From positions 310,001 through 374,000 of the forward strand of contig FLMG01000941.1 of NCBI GenBank assembly GCA_900088475.1: 64,000 bases of DNA. Direction: 5' to 3'. Shown piece after piece: positions 34,664-49,500 of the stretch. Source of the stretch: Hyphochytrium catenoides. Its lineage: Eukaryota > Protista > Hyphochytriomycota. Under the pieces are notes generated by a model. The model worked only from the letters and a program-made list of their open reading frames with translations, had not been told where the DNA came from and did no database searches. Each line of letters begins with the position of its first letter. The stretch's first letter is position 1. A program made the translations under genes and the position numbers.

Positions 34664-37600
34664 ATGAGAGAGGAAATGAGTGCTCCAACCATGAACCAAG
34701 GGACTCCTCTGCCAAAAACACCGATTCAAGAGACCTCGGTGCCCCCAGGGCTCGAGGAGCTAGAGGCAAATGAGGTTGAGATCATGGAAAAGAACCTTGT
34801 AGAACAGCAGCGACAGCTGGCGGCAGCCAAAGAAAAATTGAAGCGAAAGAAAGAGGCAAGATCAGTCTTCTTTGCCGTCTCAGCTTCCTTGGTGTCTTAC
34901 TGGGAGACGGGCACGAACCTTGTAACTGGCCATTGCCGATACATCCTCTGCTTTCTCTTCTATTCTTAGCAGGTTCTGCACTTAGCATACTGAACGTTTG
35001 ACCATGCAGGAAGAGCAACAAAGAAAGGCACGTGAACTGCGTGCGAAGCTTCAGAAAATCAATGAAGAGCTTGCTAAGGACCAGGAGGTGGCACAATGAG
35101 ATCACACCTATCTTTTCTTCCGGCTCCTTTTCCTTCTCAGATCTCTTCCCTCTTTATACCTATCAGTTAACTACGTTGGCCTCTTAGCTCTGCTGAAAAC
35201 CTATCCTAAGCGTGGGTGACAAACCTTTCATAGAGATAAATGCGCTCTCCTTTTCTCGCGCTGATGTCATGCTCAATTAGTCACCGCATTCACTTGCGAT
35301 CTCTCGCGTTCTTTTGGCGTCGATTTCTCCTCCCTTTTAGGATCGGCGGTCACTCCAAGCTCGCCTTCTCGAAATGGAGAAGAAGGAGGATCAATCTGCG
35401 TTGCAGATGCTACAAACTGAAAGAGAAGAATGGGAGCTGCAGAAAGAACGAAAGATGGAAGAAGCTGCCAGACAAAGAATTGCAATGGAAGAGATTCAGG
35501 AAAAGAAGCGAATGCTGGTGGGGCTAGCTCCTTGTATACTCTGAGTAGCAAGGACAGCATCAGAGTTAGACGTTGGAGCAAACTGAGCAAGCAAAATCTA
35601 GCCAGCGCGACAGTTTAAGAGGATAAGTGGAGAATGGAAGGGGTGAAAGGCTTGTGTCATGCCTTCTCTTACCGCTGTGCCTAACTAGTATACTGCACGG
35701 CGGGGATTGAGAGTGATAAGGGTGGAGAGATCATCTGGAGACCTGGAAACTAGAACTCGGTGACGGTGGAACACTTCAAGTCTAAAGAAGCTCCGTATGT
35801 CCACAGGAGAAGCTAATGGAGCGGAATGTCGTGCATCTTGAGGAAATCGACAAGGAAAGAAGGCGAAGAACTCAGGCAGAGAAAGAGAGACTTCAGCAGC
35901 TCCTTCAGAAAACAGAAAAACTTAGAGAAGAGCTTGAGAGTAATGAGTTTGACCTAGAGAAGGTAACTTGAAGGTTTAAGGTTATATCCTCCTGTGAATA
36001 ACCCGCAACACTCTCACATGCTGGCGTGTGATGCTCACTATTCTTTCCCTTCCTATTCTTTCCCTTCCTCATTTCAAGCGAACTTTTTCCTGGTCGTTCC
36101 CTGCACCTACTAAGTGCAGGCTAAGATTCGTTCCGTTGGTCGCTCTTATCTTCTTTGTCCAGGGTTTTGATCCCTTTCTGTTTCCTAACATCATCATCTT
36201 GGTCTGACCTGCCCAGATTGCTGAGAACAACCAATTTTCGCCGCCAAGGATAGCTGAGGAGCTAGAACCGGAGAGGAGGAGAAAGCACGAGGAAAGGCAC
36301 AGAAGGACGGAAGAGGAACTGAAAACCATCAACGAGGGGAGGAAGCAGTTGCATGATAAGGTAAAGGCATCAGAGGAGGCGTTCATGTCAAGGACATTCG
36401 AAAGGGCTTAACGCAGGGAAGGATAGAGGACGGTATTTGACTCGAGTGTTCATTAATTCTAACGTTCTGTCAGTTCCGATGTATACTGAAGAGATTCTGG
36501 CACGTGTCTTGCTGCTTCTTCACTGTGAACCATTCCTTTGCTAGGAACTACAACTTCTGAAGCGTAAGCACCGCCAGACGAAGCTTCTGAGTAGGGGACT
36601 TGACTATCTGATTGATTATGAGCTTGGACTAGTGCCCGACGTAGCAGAGGGTGACGAGGAAGATGAGGGTCCAGACTCAGGTAAAACGTGAACGGACATC
36701 AAGGGAAAAGGGTGACAAAGAGAGATGCCGTCAGCAAGCTGCATAACAAGGTTGAAAGAATCAAAGAGTGGCCTGCCCGACCTAGAAAGATTGTTCTACG
36801 GAGCAAAGATTAGCTTACAGGCTGAAGAACGAGGTGGCAAGAAAGTTCGCAAGGGGTAGAGCAAAGCGCCTTAGGACAGACACTGAACCACTTGATATAT
36901 ACTGGTGGACCATGACGATGGTTAGATAACCTCGTCCTCGCGCTATCCCCAGATGCTTCGGACGATGCTGCGGAGGTGGAGCCTGAAATGGGCGAGATCT
37001 TGGAGGTTGCCAAGAGAAAGTTGGAAGAGGTTCAACCCAAAATTGGGAAGATTGAAGCGGACATCCGGGCACTCAATAAAGAGACATGTAGGTGAACTCT
37101 CTGACTTTTGTCATAGCATCGTCGTCTGTTCGCACTTAGTAACCGTGTCTTTGGCGGCTGCTTCGTCTCCTCGGCACGTCGTCACAAAAGCCCTCTGGTT
37201 AACTTCTGTACTGTGTCGCCTTGTCAATGCCCTCACCGTTCAAGGTAGTGTCGGTTACATCTCTAATCGGTTTTGACTGACATGCCTCTTTCGTGTGGCT
37301 GGCACCACAGTGCAGTTGCTTGGCTCTGATATAATCTACGACGGAAGATGGGGACAAGAATCTTATCGTCCGGGTCAACTGGTACTTGGCTTCTCCTTCC
37401 ATTCTCTTTGCTTTACTCTCTCCAAGTAACCTTTATTGTTGATCTGGGGAAAGGGGGGGAAGGGAGAGAGGAGGAACCCAATCCCACCAACAAACAACTT
37501 AGGCTAGTGGCTAAGACAAATTTGTACCTCTCTTGGCAATGCTTTCAAGGATACCTATCGTATCTGCCGGTCTCTCTTTCTGGACGTAGTCGACCAGGCC

Positions 37601-40600
37601 CTATCGTGGGTACTTTTGGAGAGCAACCCGGCCATCCTTATTGGAGATCAGCAACGGATCAACGTCATGCTCCAGGTGAGAATTTAGTATCAAGGTCATG
37701 CTAGCGAGAGAAGCGAAAATGATAGAGGGATCAACGGGCAACAGAGGGTCCTGATGCTTTATTTTTATGGGACCGTGGAAGAGAGCCAGAGAGTCAATAT
37801 GTGATTGAGACGACATAGAAAGTAGCCGAGCGCTAGTTACGTCTAGATCTGAGTCTTGGTCCGAAAAGAGCTTAGCGGAGAGAAAAGAAGAGCGGATCTT
37901 TTCGAAGGAGCTAAGAGGGGCTGCTTCAGCCTTGCTGGTAAGGAATGTCTATTTCAGGACTCTCCTGTGAGATTGTGGTTATCTCTGTCCATGTGTACGC
38001 ACTCTTATTCAATGAAAGGAGATGGAAATGAAAGCGACCAGGGGCTATGCTAATAACCTCCGGCCATTCATGACCTCGACGATCTCCTACTCATATCTAT
38101 CTGTTTAACCGCTTCCTTCGCTGGCCATGGTGCGCGTTGTCCAACGTACGTGGCTCTTCAACTTGACTATCACAATAGGAAGAGGCAGTGCAGGAGCTCA
38201 TCTATGACATCTGGAACGAGCTTGAGACCATTACTAACCTCACTTATCAAATAGTCTCAGGAGGCATTAGCCTAGCAGGTATTGCTGACCCTGCTCTAGA
38301 TTTCTTTACCGCTTACGTTCTACCTATTCTCCAACTCTGCATTACCATCTGCATTTACTCTTCCGCCCTGGTTGCTGATGGTTGTGCTAATAAGAATCCT
38401 ACCACGCTGTCGCTTCCCTTCTCGCTCGCTCCTTAGGCTATTTGTAGCTTGTCAAATCCGTCGCTGGTGTTCGTTTACTATCTATCATCTACCTTCCCAC
38501 CACGAATTTGCCCTCATTTTACCCTTAATATGACTCTTAGCAATGGCTAGCGGCTATACAGAAGCTGAGGCCATCACGCAAAACATCCTGATCAAGGCAC
38601 TTAAGGAACTTCGCAGGGAAAGGTGAGGTCGAGCAATGTCTATAGCCTACTCTTCCACCAGCAGCTATGATTTGGAGCGGCCTCTTAAGCTAGAGGAAGT
38701 ACCAGTAATTATGAAGGGAGAGGCCCTTATGGGTTTTGGAAAGCTCTTTGTTGTCCATTTAGAGCTGCCAAGTGACAGAACTATGTTCCTTGCGTGACCG
38801 TAACTTCAGACATGACGAGGATCTCCTGGAGTACAAGTACTATAGGAGAACCCAAAAGCTGGTTCCACCGAGACTAGAGACGAAGGAGGTAAGAGGGGTC
38901 GATGACGTGAAGGTAGTACATCAAGGAGGACGTAGTCAGGGCATCGAAGCCTAGCCTACAGTCAGGAATGGCGAAGAGATTAAAGAGAATTTTGTGAGAG
39001 AGTCACTTGGCTGCTTGGGAGATTGGAATATATGAACCGGTACCGAGGGATACAGTTTTGCTTGCTAACGGGTTATATATTGTCCTCGTCCAACCTTCAA
39101 CGTATGTAGACGACCTCCACGGGAGCAGAGAGCAGTTTCTTTTCACTTGGTAAAAGTGGAAAGACCGAGGACCTCTTGGTTGAGCACAGAGATCTTGGGG
39201 AGGACCACGACGATGCTGTGCATGTGGTCGCCCAGAACTTCCTGGCAGAACAGCAAGAACTTGCAGCACTTCACAGTGCTCTGGTAAGCTGGGTTGAAAC
39301 AGTCACGAGAGAGAGAAAGACAGGGCCCGAAGAGTCTGAAAAAAATGACTTTTCGCATCTTTCTATCTTATGACCTGTCTCATGCATCCGGGTGTTGCTG
39401 TACAGTGGTTCTTAACTGTCATTTGCCCTGGAACTTCATTCTTTAGGTTCAAGCAGAGACGACGTACTGGGGTCGCGCCCTTGTTGACAAAGTGGTCTTG
39501 CCGCTACCAAGGGGTTTCAGCCCGCTCTCACGATTGAGCTTTTCGCCTAATGGTCTGCTTAGTAGTCCCTTTGTGTCCCTTGCTGGCCTCTACATTTCAG
39601 CCCTTTCTGATGCCTGTCGTAAGAGTACTATGCGTAGCCTATTCAGAAAGACTAGGACGCTGGAGGCTAAGATCATCGCTAAGCGGGCGATCCATCCACC
39701 CTTTTGTTCCACGCTTGCCCTCTCCCCTGGATTCTTGCTCCAACTAACGTCCCTACAAGCTATTCTCCGCAAGCTGTAATACCGTTGCTCTCCTAACTAT
39801 CTCCATCATTAGGCCGGTACTTGGCAGGCGGGTCTAATATGGGGCAGTTGGCCGTGTGGGATATTTCTCAGAATCCTCCAGTCCTGCTCAAAGTGTAAGG
39901 GAAGAGAGAGAAAAGGAGCATGAGTGACGCCACGGACATACAGCATACACACTGCCGATCCTTCGACAAACCTTATCTCTGCCGTCTGTTTGCCTCAAGC
40001 CTCATTGCCCGTTCGATGTCTGTCGTGTCCCTGAGTTCCTCGCTTTATGATCCTCCTTACAATCTGTCTGAAAAGGGTAGCGTTTCTCGTTGCACCTTTG
40101 CATCGATGATTAGACACTGTTCTAACTGAGGTTTACCCTTGCCAACAGACATGCAAAGCCTCAGTTCAAGGAGGATAAGGAACCGATTGAGTCACTGGCA
40201 TGGAGTCTAGACAGCGCCACTAATCTTGTGACAATGACCAGGTCAAAGAAGAGTGAGTGCTTCCAATCGTCTATAGCGCTTTTATGTCTTCCTCTCCGCT
40301 CTTGGTCCTTGGTGGACCTAGAACCGGGGTATGATTCTCAATATTGGCTCACTGTTGTGAGCTACTGGGGACTCTCTACTCACTCGCGAGCGGCACATGA
40401 TGGTTTTGCTTACCCTGCATGCTGTTACTAGTTCTGATCTGGTCCCTGGCAACCCCGGCCTCAGCCACAAAACTTCAAGCAGGTCAGGCGGAAGAAGCAA
40501 CTAAGACAAAAGTTTTCTTACTCCTCATTTATCTGTTCGATGATCTGATAAACATCTGTGTGTGGTGTCTCATTCTGTGCTCTCTAGATTTGTCAAAGTT

Positions 40601-43600
40601 CGCGGCAACCGAGCCAGAGCTCATCTTGAGGCTCACGGAGGAGAATTTTACGCGGCAGACGCTCTTCACGGTCCCCGCACCAGCTGCCGAGAAATCCAAG
40701 CAACCGAGGTCTTCTTATCTTTCCTATTGTCACCATTTGTTAAAATCCTCTCTTTAAAGGTTGCTTGCAGATTTCGCTTGATAACTTAAGGGCCTATGTC
40801 ACCCGATTCCGTCCACCTTTTCATACTGTGCTCTAGCTATGCCTATCTCCTACTTATGGCCTATTACGATTCGTCCTTCGTGTTGTCAGCACTACAAATG
40901 AGGCTCCATCAAGTATTCTTCCCACCTTTGCTGGCTTGCATCCTTCGTTTACCATCCTTGGCAGGCAGCAGGCCGTCATGGTCGGAACCAAAGGTCATGT
41001 GTGGTCCTCTATCGTTCTCTTGCTTTTCTTTCCTTTCTGCGGTCAACCGTTTTTTCATCACTGACTATACGCACTTCATCATTATTCCGCTGTACATGGG
41101 ACCGCTTCACTTGACATCCTCTGTGTCTTTGGGCTTCTTCTAGTGCCGTAAGGGACGTTTCGCATTTAGTCCCTTTCTCTGCTCATCATACTCAGTCACT
41201 TAATGGGGTCGCAGGTGGAACGCTATTGAAGTATACGCACGACTCTTCTGCTGCCACCAATGGTCTTCTTATCTACGGCCATGCAGCTGGTGGGAACGAT
41301 ACCTCAGATTCGACGGCAGCTGTGACGGGACTTGGCGCGGGTAACCGTCGACTCCTGTCCTTGCGTTCGTGACAGTCCGCAACTAAGATCTTACCTCGAC
41401 CTCCTGTCCCATTCTGATAGTTCTCTCCGCCATGATCGTCCCCCTCCAGAACTCTCTTGATTTGTATTTATTCAAGGGCTACATGCTTTCGTCTTTCGCT
41501 CAGCGGTTCTGTATGTCTCACCTTTGCTCCTGAATCTTCCCACAATATCCCCTTCAGTTCGTCGTGCTACTTCGAAACGTGAGTACTTTGAGGCGCATCG
41601 CTCTGCCGTGCTATACGTTGGGCCGTTGTATGAAGCCCCGGAGACTCGAGAGAGTCTTAGATGCCCAAAGCATAAACCAATTCTGGTTAGCGTCGACAAG
41701 GTTCGAGCCAGTTGCAACTCCATTTACGTCTCTGTCAATTTCCTTGTCTCTTTTAGTCATACTTGCATAGCCGTCTTTTAATGTGACACTTGATATCAAT
41801 ATCAATCGTGACCAAGCCTCCTTGGCAGATGCTTTGCGGCCCTGATCAAAGCTGCTGATTGACGTTGATAAGCCTACGATCTCTTTGTCGCCGTGCATAA
41901 CATTTTTCCTAGGGGATGCCTTTGTCAGGGTTATACTCGTTGACCGTTCACACTTCTTTCTTGGCTACACATTTCTTACTCTGACATGAAACAGTCGGGC
42001 GTTGTCTGTTATTGGCCGTACGTCACCTCCTCTTACTCTGGCTTTGGCTGGTTCAAGCCTGGATGGAAGGTCCAGCTTGACTTTCTCTTCTCGTACTACC
42101 GCCCGGTAGAGAAGACGGAGGAGCAGGCAAGTGGCTTTGACAGAAAGAGCAAAAGAGAGAAGAATATTGAAGATTGCACTCCACTTAGTGAGGGGACTCT
42201 CTTTCTGGCTAATTGATTGGCCTCTAGTCTCTCTCGCTATCTTGTACTCTATCACTATGAGTGTTACGCCCAGCTCAAGACTTCTGTTCAGAGTGGTGAA
42301 TCACCTCTTACCCTGTATGCTGGAGTCGTTTTCTTGGACCTTATCTAACCTTTTGTATCCCGGTGGCTCTTTATTATGGTTCTGTTCGGCTAAGAAATCC
42401 CGTGTCACTTACTTGACATGTCTCCAGATTTTCCCTCCTCCTGATATGAAGTTCCCCAAAAATCTCGGAAGGGTTGAACAGGATCGCAACTTTGTCTTTG
42501 GCTCGATCCAGGCAGAGGAGCAGCTTCGAGCTGCCCCGATCAACAAACGGCCGTGGAAGACTTATGTCTCCGACGAGGGTATTACGACAAAGACATTTGC
42601 TACGAAGACCATTGATGTGAACAACGGTAAGAAAAGGCGGAAATTGGAAGACTTACTGACGGCAAAAAGGCGAGGGAAAGAGGATAGTAGGAGTATCTTA
42701 TGCAAATGCGAGAGAACCGTACAGAGAGGGATGGCAATGTCTCAGAACCCACAATTGGCTAGGTCTTCATACCCATATCTCATCACCTCCGTTTTATCAT
42801 ATCACTTTGTCAGGCCGAGCATTCTATACTGCGGTTTACGCCATGAACAATCGTCTTCTGATGCTGACCACCATGCTCTATAAAGGTATCATTCCACCAA
42901 TATGCCTAGGAGCCTCGCCAACTTTCGCTATCAGCCTCTCCTCCCCTTTCTGTATACTTCCTTAGATGTGAGACCGTTTGTCTTTATCGCTCTACGCTGT
43001 TCTGAGGCCCATAGATCGTGCGTATCTTTCAACATCAACCGGTCCTCCCTGTTACTGATCGTCCGGGTTTCTAGCAGTTTTTAATGTCTCTTGTCCGGTA
43101 AGGGTACCAAGAGAAAGGTAATCTAGTAGAGGTGAAGCCCACAACATCCCATCGAGAGTTGGTAATGATGGTCCGCTATGAGAGTAGGAACAACAGCCAG
43201 GGAGTTAAGTTCAGGTTTTTCACCTTCCACTTGGATGTAAGAAAACGCAACTTCCTTTGCTAGCGGATTCTCTCGCAGTCCTCATCACACCCTTCCTTCA
43301 TATGTCTCTCCAACTACGTGCGTCGATGGTGATCCCAAGGAACCCTACATCTCTCCACCATCTGTTACCATTTCTAAACCATGACTCGGTCATCTTCCCT
43401 AACACAATTGCTATGTACTTTCCATACTAGACGGGTAGCGTTCTGCCTACGTTGATAGAGATTAAGGAGGATTCGGACATCTTACCACGGTTTGGTCTCA
43501 CTCCAGTACTGAGCGCCGTTGGTTCGGATTACCTGGTGGTTATGACAAGTGAAACGATCACAATGTACTCCTTGCAGCATGGACAACCCGTTGTGCGCAT

Positions 43601-45803
43601 TGCGGCTACCCCTAATATTACCTCCCTCAAGCCCCTGAGACTCGTAAGTACCGGTGAAGAGTCAGGCAGGCTTAGGCGGTTTGTATATGGGGTTAACATA
43701 GATAGTGACGCGGAGAATTCTCGTTGGATTGGCTACAAGTTGTTGGAAATAGCGACCCCGGTAACAAGCGAAGACTTGCTAGGCGACGAATTCAGTGTCG
43801 CAAGAATATCACTGATGGTTGCATGCCTCCGCTCTCGCCCTATGGATGCAGAAAAACCCTCCTGCGAAGGTCAAGCCATACAAGGAGTTCTCAACCCTGG
43901 CCGTTGGCTGCATCCACGACAAGCCTGTGATTGCCTTCACTGAGATAGATGGAGCAAACGTGCGTGCATCGGAGCCCTTGCTCGCTCATAGATTTTCCTG
44001 ATCTCCAAGTCTCAGTCTCCTCGTTGTTCCCAACTTTACCACTTCAAGAGCTTTACTATCTTCTCTGCTCTCGGCAATCAACTGTCCCCATTTATCGGCT
44101 TGCTGTCGAGTCTGAGACTAAAACCTTTCAGGTCGAACTTCACTTTTTAGAAGACTACAGCGAACCGCATATGAGACAGGCTTTCCTCTCCTTGCCTAAC
44201 AGAGAACGTCTCCAAGCTACTCCGGCAGAGCTTACGGTAAAAGTGAAATTCAGGACTAGTGACCTCTTCCAAAAATTTACGTCTGTCCTTTTCTGCGAGT
44301 AGTGCTCCGTCCTCTCTCCAAAGACCCTCTTTCCTTGCCATTTATCTTCCTTCTACTCTGTCTCTAATCATTATCAATTCAAGCTATACGCCGATGTCTG
44401 TCTGGACTCCTTACTGCCCATTTCATGTCTATCTTCTATTCCTATGCAGATCCGGCGGCCCCGTTGGGACATAGACCTCCGAAATCCAACCGGTGTGGCA
44501 CGTAAGATAGTGCTGAGCCTTGTCGACAACGCCCTCGAGAAGGCCCTAGCGGCAGAAGCGGTTAAACCTTCAGCCTCTGCTAAGGCGTCCCCTAAACGGC
44601 CGCGGTCTCCTAGCACGGAGGGTGTCAATACCGCTGAGGAGGAAGGTATGTATAGACTGTTCACGTCGGAAAGGACACCAATAGCGGGGAGGAGCAAAGT
44701 TGGGAAATGTGCCTCAGGCCCTTCTCGAGCATTAAGAGCGAACTTTTTGGCTTTGCAATGCTCTTGTGTTCTCAATACTCATGTCGTCTTGTCTTTTTCA
44801 TGCCCTCCTCAACCGTTTCCATTAATCCCTAATTGTATCTTCTGCTCTGAGTCGTTTGCATGCCGTCCACCGACCATGGCCTTCTGCCTCTGCATAACCT
44901 ACTCAAAAGATGAGTTACTTGCTTCGTATCTTCAACCCATCTTTGCCTTTGGCGCTCCTGTTGGACCTCTGCTTAACTTGCTGCCCATCTAACTTAGCTG
45001 TGCATTTCCTCCTTTCTCTACGTCCGTCCGTCACTCCCTGCATCCCTGTTTTACCTTCCTAGCCCATCCCCTCGTCCCTACACTGCCTGTCGACCTCCTT
45101 CTGAAGCTCAAGGCCCGTACGGCAAGACAGAGTGTTTATGGAACCATCCCATCTTCTGCCAAACAGTTTGTTCGTTCACGGCGCCCTGCCAAACTGTCGT
45201 TCCGGCCCTCCGGTCAGCAAATGGCCCGCCCGTCCGTACTTGTGGATCATAAACTTATTCAGACTGTTCATCATCCAGCTCCGAGTCCTAAGAACTGAAT
45301 ATATTTATTTCCCTGCCACAGCGTGCCATGACAACGGCGCAGCCACAGTGTCCGAGAAGGGCTCTCCTCTCACGCTTTATCTTACCTGCATTAGGTTAGA
45401 GGGTCTGCGTATGTAGTGCCTATGATAGTGGCTCTATGTAGTGCCTATGATAGTGGCTCTCTGTCTTTACTCGCACACATAGGATGCCCCGGAAGATGGC
45501 CCGAGCCTTTGCTCAAAGGAGGTGCTTAGAGCCATTCATGCCCTCAGTAAGCCTCTTTGCAGTGGTGCAGGTACCCACCAGGATAATGAACACTGTCCTT
45601 GTTCTATGACACTCACAGCTGCTTTGGTTTGCAGTCAACTACGCCCCAGTAGCAGCCCTTCTCATCCTGGAGATATCCGCACAGATGCTCTCCCCCACAG
45701 ACACGTATCTCTGTCTATAGCGGGACCGACAGCCTTCTCATTTTGAGAGACTGCCCAGATGCTCCACGAACGGTCACTGGCATGGTACGCTTATAAACTG
45801 TGA
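34664..45803 (+). CDS. Large multi-exon gene: N-terminal coiled coil followed by WD40-like repeats (could be two genes; 3' end uncertain)
   Basis: E/K/R-rich exons at 34664-37090; WD40-like exons LSRLSFSPNG..YLAGGSNMGQLAVWDIS, PIESLAWSLDS, REYFEAHRSAVLYV..LVSVDKSGVVCYWPY..SGFGWFKP; consistent splice sites. Confidence 0.65.
45410..45459. repeat. Perfect 25-bp tandem duplication (likely intronic)
   Basis: tatgtagtgcctatgatagtggctc x2. Confidence 0.9.
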
Positions 45804-46506
45804 TCCAAGAGCCTAGGTTCGATGGTCCCATACCTCATGGGTCTATGACAGCATAGAGCCCAGATCGGAGCTCACAGGAGGCCCCGAGACTGGAGACTGG
45901 AGAGCACATGTGGGGCGCTGGTGAGCTGGCGAGACCCTCAAGCGGATGATGCCTCTGAACTCTATTCAGATTATTACTTTCAGAGCCCCGTAGTCCTTAT
46001 TCCAGGCATGGCAGTCTTCTTTTCGGGAGCAGAAAGCCCTTATGGTAATATTATATTAGTCTCCGAAATTAGGGGAGCGTCCTAACAATAGGGTACATAC
46101 AGCATTATTGTTCCACTACGAATGTATCAGGTGTACAGTACGACTACAACGCACATCGTGAGTGAGGCGAGGAGAAGTGTAACGCCTTTTGTGATGGGCA
46201 CGATTTTATTGTGTTTCTGAGCTCCATGAAGCTTCAATGAAGCTCCACCAGGCGATGACAGAGCTCTAACGATGGGAACTAGGCGGACGGGAGGCGTAAT
46301 ATGAGTACAAATGATTAGCTTGCCGAAGCTGTCTCGACGATGGGCCTTGAGACATGGGCATGTCCGGACTGCAGGGTTGTGGTCTTCATTGTACCCGTGC
46401 AAGCCAACATCTGCTTTAAATACAAGGTTCAATAGACAATCTTTAAAGTGCTACGGGTTATAAAGATGGCGAGCTCTCTATAGGGAGCTGAAGGTTCTCG
46501 GTGAGG

Positions 46507-49500
46507 ATGGAACAAAGATCCCCTGGACAATCCGCTTTGCGTACAGAATGTCTCCCTCCTAACCGGGCCTTGGCTCCTTTGTCGCCCTCGCGTGGGGTCA
46601 AACTGCCTAAGCCCACGTCCCCCAAGAAGTCTCCCTATAGCGCTTCACATCCGGTCAAAGTGCAGCCTGCCTCTCTAGTAGAAGAGGTAAGGGCCCACAA
46701 GAAGCGAGAGAAGCATTGGGTTTGGTCATGGGGAAAAGAGGATAGCTCTTTGCCATCCTATGACGCAGACAGGGATCGCTTTTGCCCATTGACACAGGCC
46801 AAAGTCTTCAACAAGGCCCAAGAACGCAAGGCTTTTGAGCTAGAGAAAGCTGAAGAGGGACAGCAAGGAGTTCAAACTCCTCTCAACCTACCGGAGATAT
46901 CTCAAAGTGGAAAACGAGGCAGTTCTATGGACGGGGGGAACCGGAAGGACCGAGGACAGCCTGGAGCTTCGCGGATAAGCTACCAAGTCTCAGCAGCAGA
47001 TGAGGCTCTTACGTTGGAGATACTCAAAGCTATTGTGCTGAGAGAGGAAGCTATAAAGAAGCTTCAGGCTTTAGCGAAGCACCGAGAAAGGTCCTCACAA
47101 GCGAGAGGACGAGTAGGGGCCGAGGATTCTGCCACGGGGAGGGCTTCCGAAGAGGAACGGAGGGACATCGCAGAGCTTTGCTCTCATGTTCGAGAAGTGG
47201 GGCTAAGTATTGCAGAGCTGATTCTCCAATGGCAACAAAGACAGGAGCAAGGAATGTCGGGCGCACTGGAAAAGACGGTGGATATAGTGCGAAGGGATGC
47301 AGAAACAGCAAAGCAGAGAGACAGACCTGTACCCTTCCTTTGGGAGGGCACGAACTATCTGCAGAAGATGGCCTCTGACCTGGATTTTCTCCTTAAGGTA
47401 GCGAAGCTGCAGCTAGGAAATGCTGAGGGAGAGGGCACTCCAACGACGAGAAATCCTTTCTTGGTGCCCCTTTCCCTTGACTACTTCCAAAGAGAAGCAC
47501 TGCAGAGACTTCGAGAGGGAAAGTTTCTTTCTCCCTTTGCGTATCCTTCTCTTTGTTTTGCTGCTGTCGTCCAAGGGAGGGAGTTGTGGCAGGTGGAAGG
47601 TGTCGACGTGCCACGGATCCGCGCCGGCAGCCTTGCAATCCTCCAAAGCTTTGACTCAACTATTTATTCAAGTTCTTCTGTGCCACTTCAACCGGCTCTA
47701 ATCATCTCACAGCCTGGTATCCACGGGGCACCCGAGCCTCCTTCTTCATCCTCTCCTGGTAGACTTTGCCCTATTGATATGCAGTCAACAGGAGATGTTA
47801 GGTCGGCGATTGGTCCAATGCAGGACAATCCGCCCGAAGAGCTGGAGGTTAGACAACAAGAAAGGACAGCAGGAGTTTATCGCATGGAGATGAAGGAAGA
47901 CCAGAAATCTGCGATTTATACGCCCCGCTTCCTGCCTCGACTTCAAGCAATGACAGAAGATATAGAGAAGTCAAAGAAGAGCGCTGCACTATTGTCAGAA
48001 GGGATAGAGAAGCTGACGGCCAACCTCGCAGACGTAAAGGAAGCTGGTAAGAGGGCGGAAGGCTTGGTGCAGAAAGCTAATATGCTGAAACGAGAAGAAG
48101 ATGAGATCAACAGGAAGCTGAAGAACATGAAGAGAGAACTAGGCTTCAGATTGCAAGAGATACATAGGAAAACACAGGTTAGCGGGAGCTCAAAGAGCGG
48201 AGTAGTTCTTCTTCATTTCTCCTTGACTTTGCCACTGAGTGCGTCTTGACCTAATTCTCTAGGCAACTGAGACGACCGTGGCCGGATAGCTTAGTCCGCT
48301 CGACACTGTATCCCTTTGCCCTAATGCGACTCCTTTTGCTCTTCGGATACCCTCCGTAGCGTCGGCAATAGCCTCGCATAGAGCGAAAGACTCTTCCCTT
48401 TTATTTACTTGCCGTGCTTCTACATCGTCTTCTAGTAAGCCAAAATCGGCTCACTTTCTGCATCTATGACCCTGTTACTTTTCATCCGCAGGCGCGGAAA
48501 CAAGAGGCGGAGGCCAACAGAAGGAAGCTCCAAAGGAAACGCCGGGAGGAGAGAGAAAGACAGCAGCGACGTCGCATCGCTGCAACACGCATCCAAGCTA
48601 CTTACCGTGGGTATAGGACTAGGAGAATAGTGAGAAAGCGGTGGCTCTTGGAAACTGCTATGGCTAGAAAGATACAACGAACTTTCCGCACTTACATTGA
48701 CCGAAGAAACACTTTTAGGCATTCACTCTCTAGGGTCTCTAGATCTGCCCAAGAGGTATCGTCTTTCTAACACATGACTCTCGTTTCTCCCTTCTCCGCT
48801 CGTCCGCAGTCTAGTTCCTTTGACCTGCCCCTTCCTTCCATCTTCCCTGAAGTCTAATCTCCCTACAGTGAGCCCTTCACCAATTGATTGGACGACGTAT
48901 GAAATCCATGCTGATGTTCCCCTACGTTACAAGTTTGTGTCTTGATATGTACGCTATACATCCTTCTGCCACGATTTCTATGGGCGTGGTTATCTGACTT
49001 CATTTTATTAACGCCCAATCTCTCTTCTTTATCACTCCTTCTTCCTCTTTCTGGCCGTACACAGTCGTCATTTAGCATTGCACTTCAGCAAGCACGTGGG
49101 TCTATTCTGCGCAGCAGGAAACATCTCGCTAGAGAGGCAGTCAAGACATCTCTAGTCCAACTCTGGGATCATGATATCCTTCCTACTGCGTCATCCCACC
49201 TCTTCCGTGTGCGTCTAAGCTCTTCGATAGCATCTGAGAAAGTGGAGACGGTGCTTCGCATAGCCGTCCAGCGGACAGTGTCACGTCTTTCTCTCCTACG
49301 TATCTCTAGAAGGGTGGCAAGCGAAGTTATTGGTGGAGGACAACTGAGAGCGAAGGAGAGGCACCAAGTATCTTTATTGAGAGGTGTTATAGCGCAGACA
49401 GTGCGAGATCTTTGTGCAGCCGCATTCGAGAACCAACTCAGAAGAAAAATATTCGCCAACTCCTTAAATGCGGATGACAGCGATACCACTACCGTAAAGG

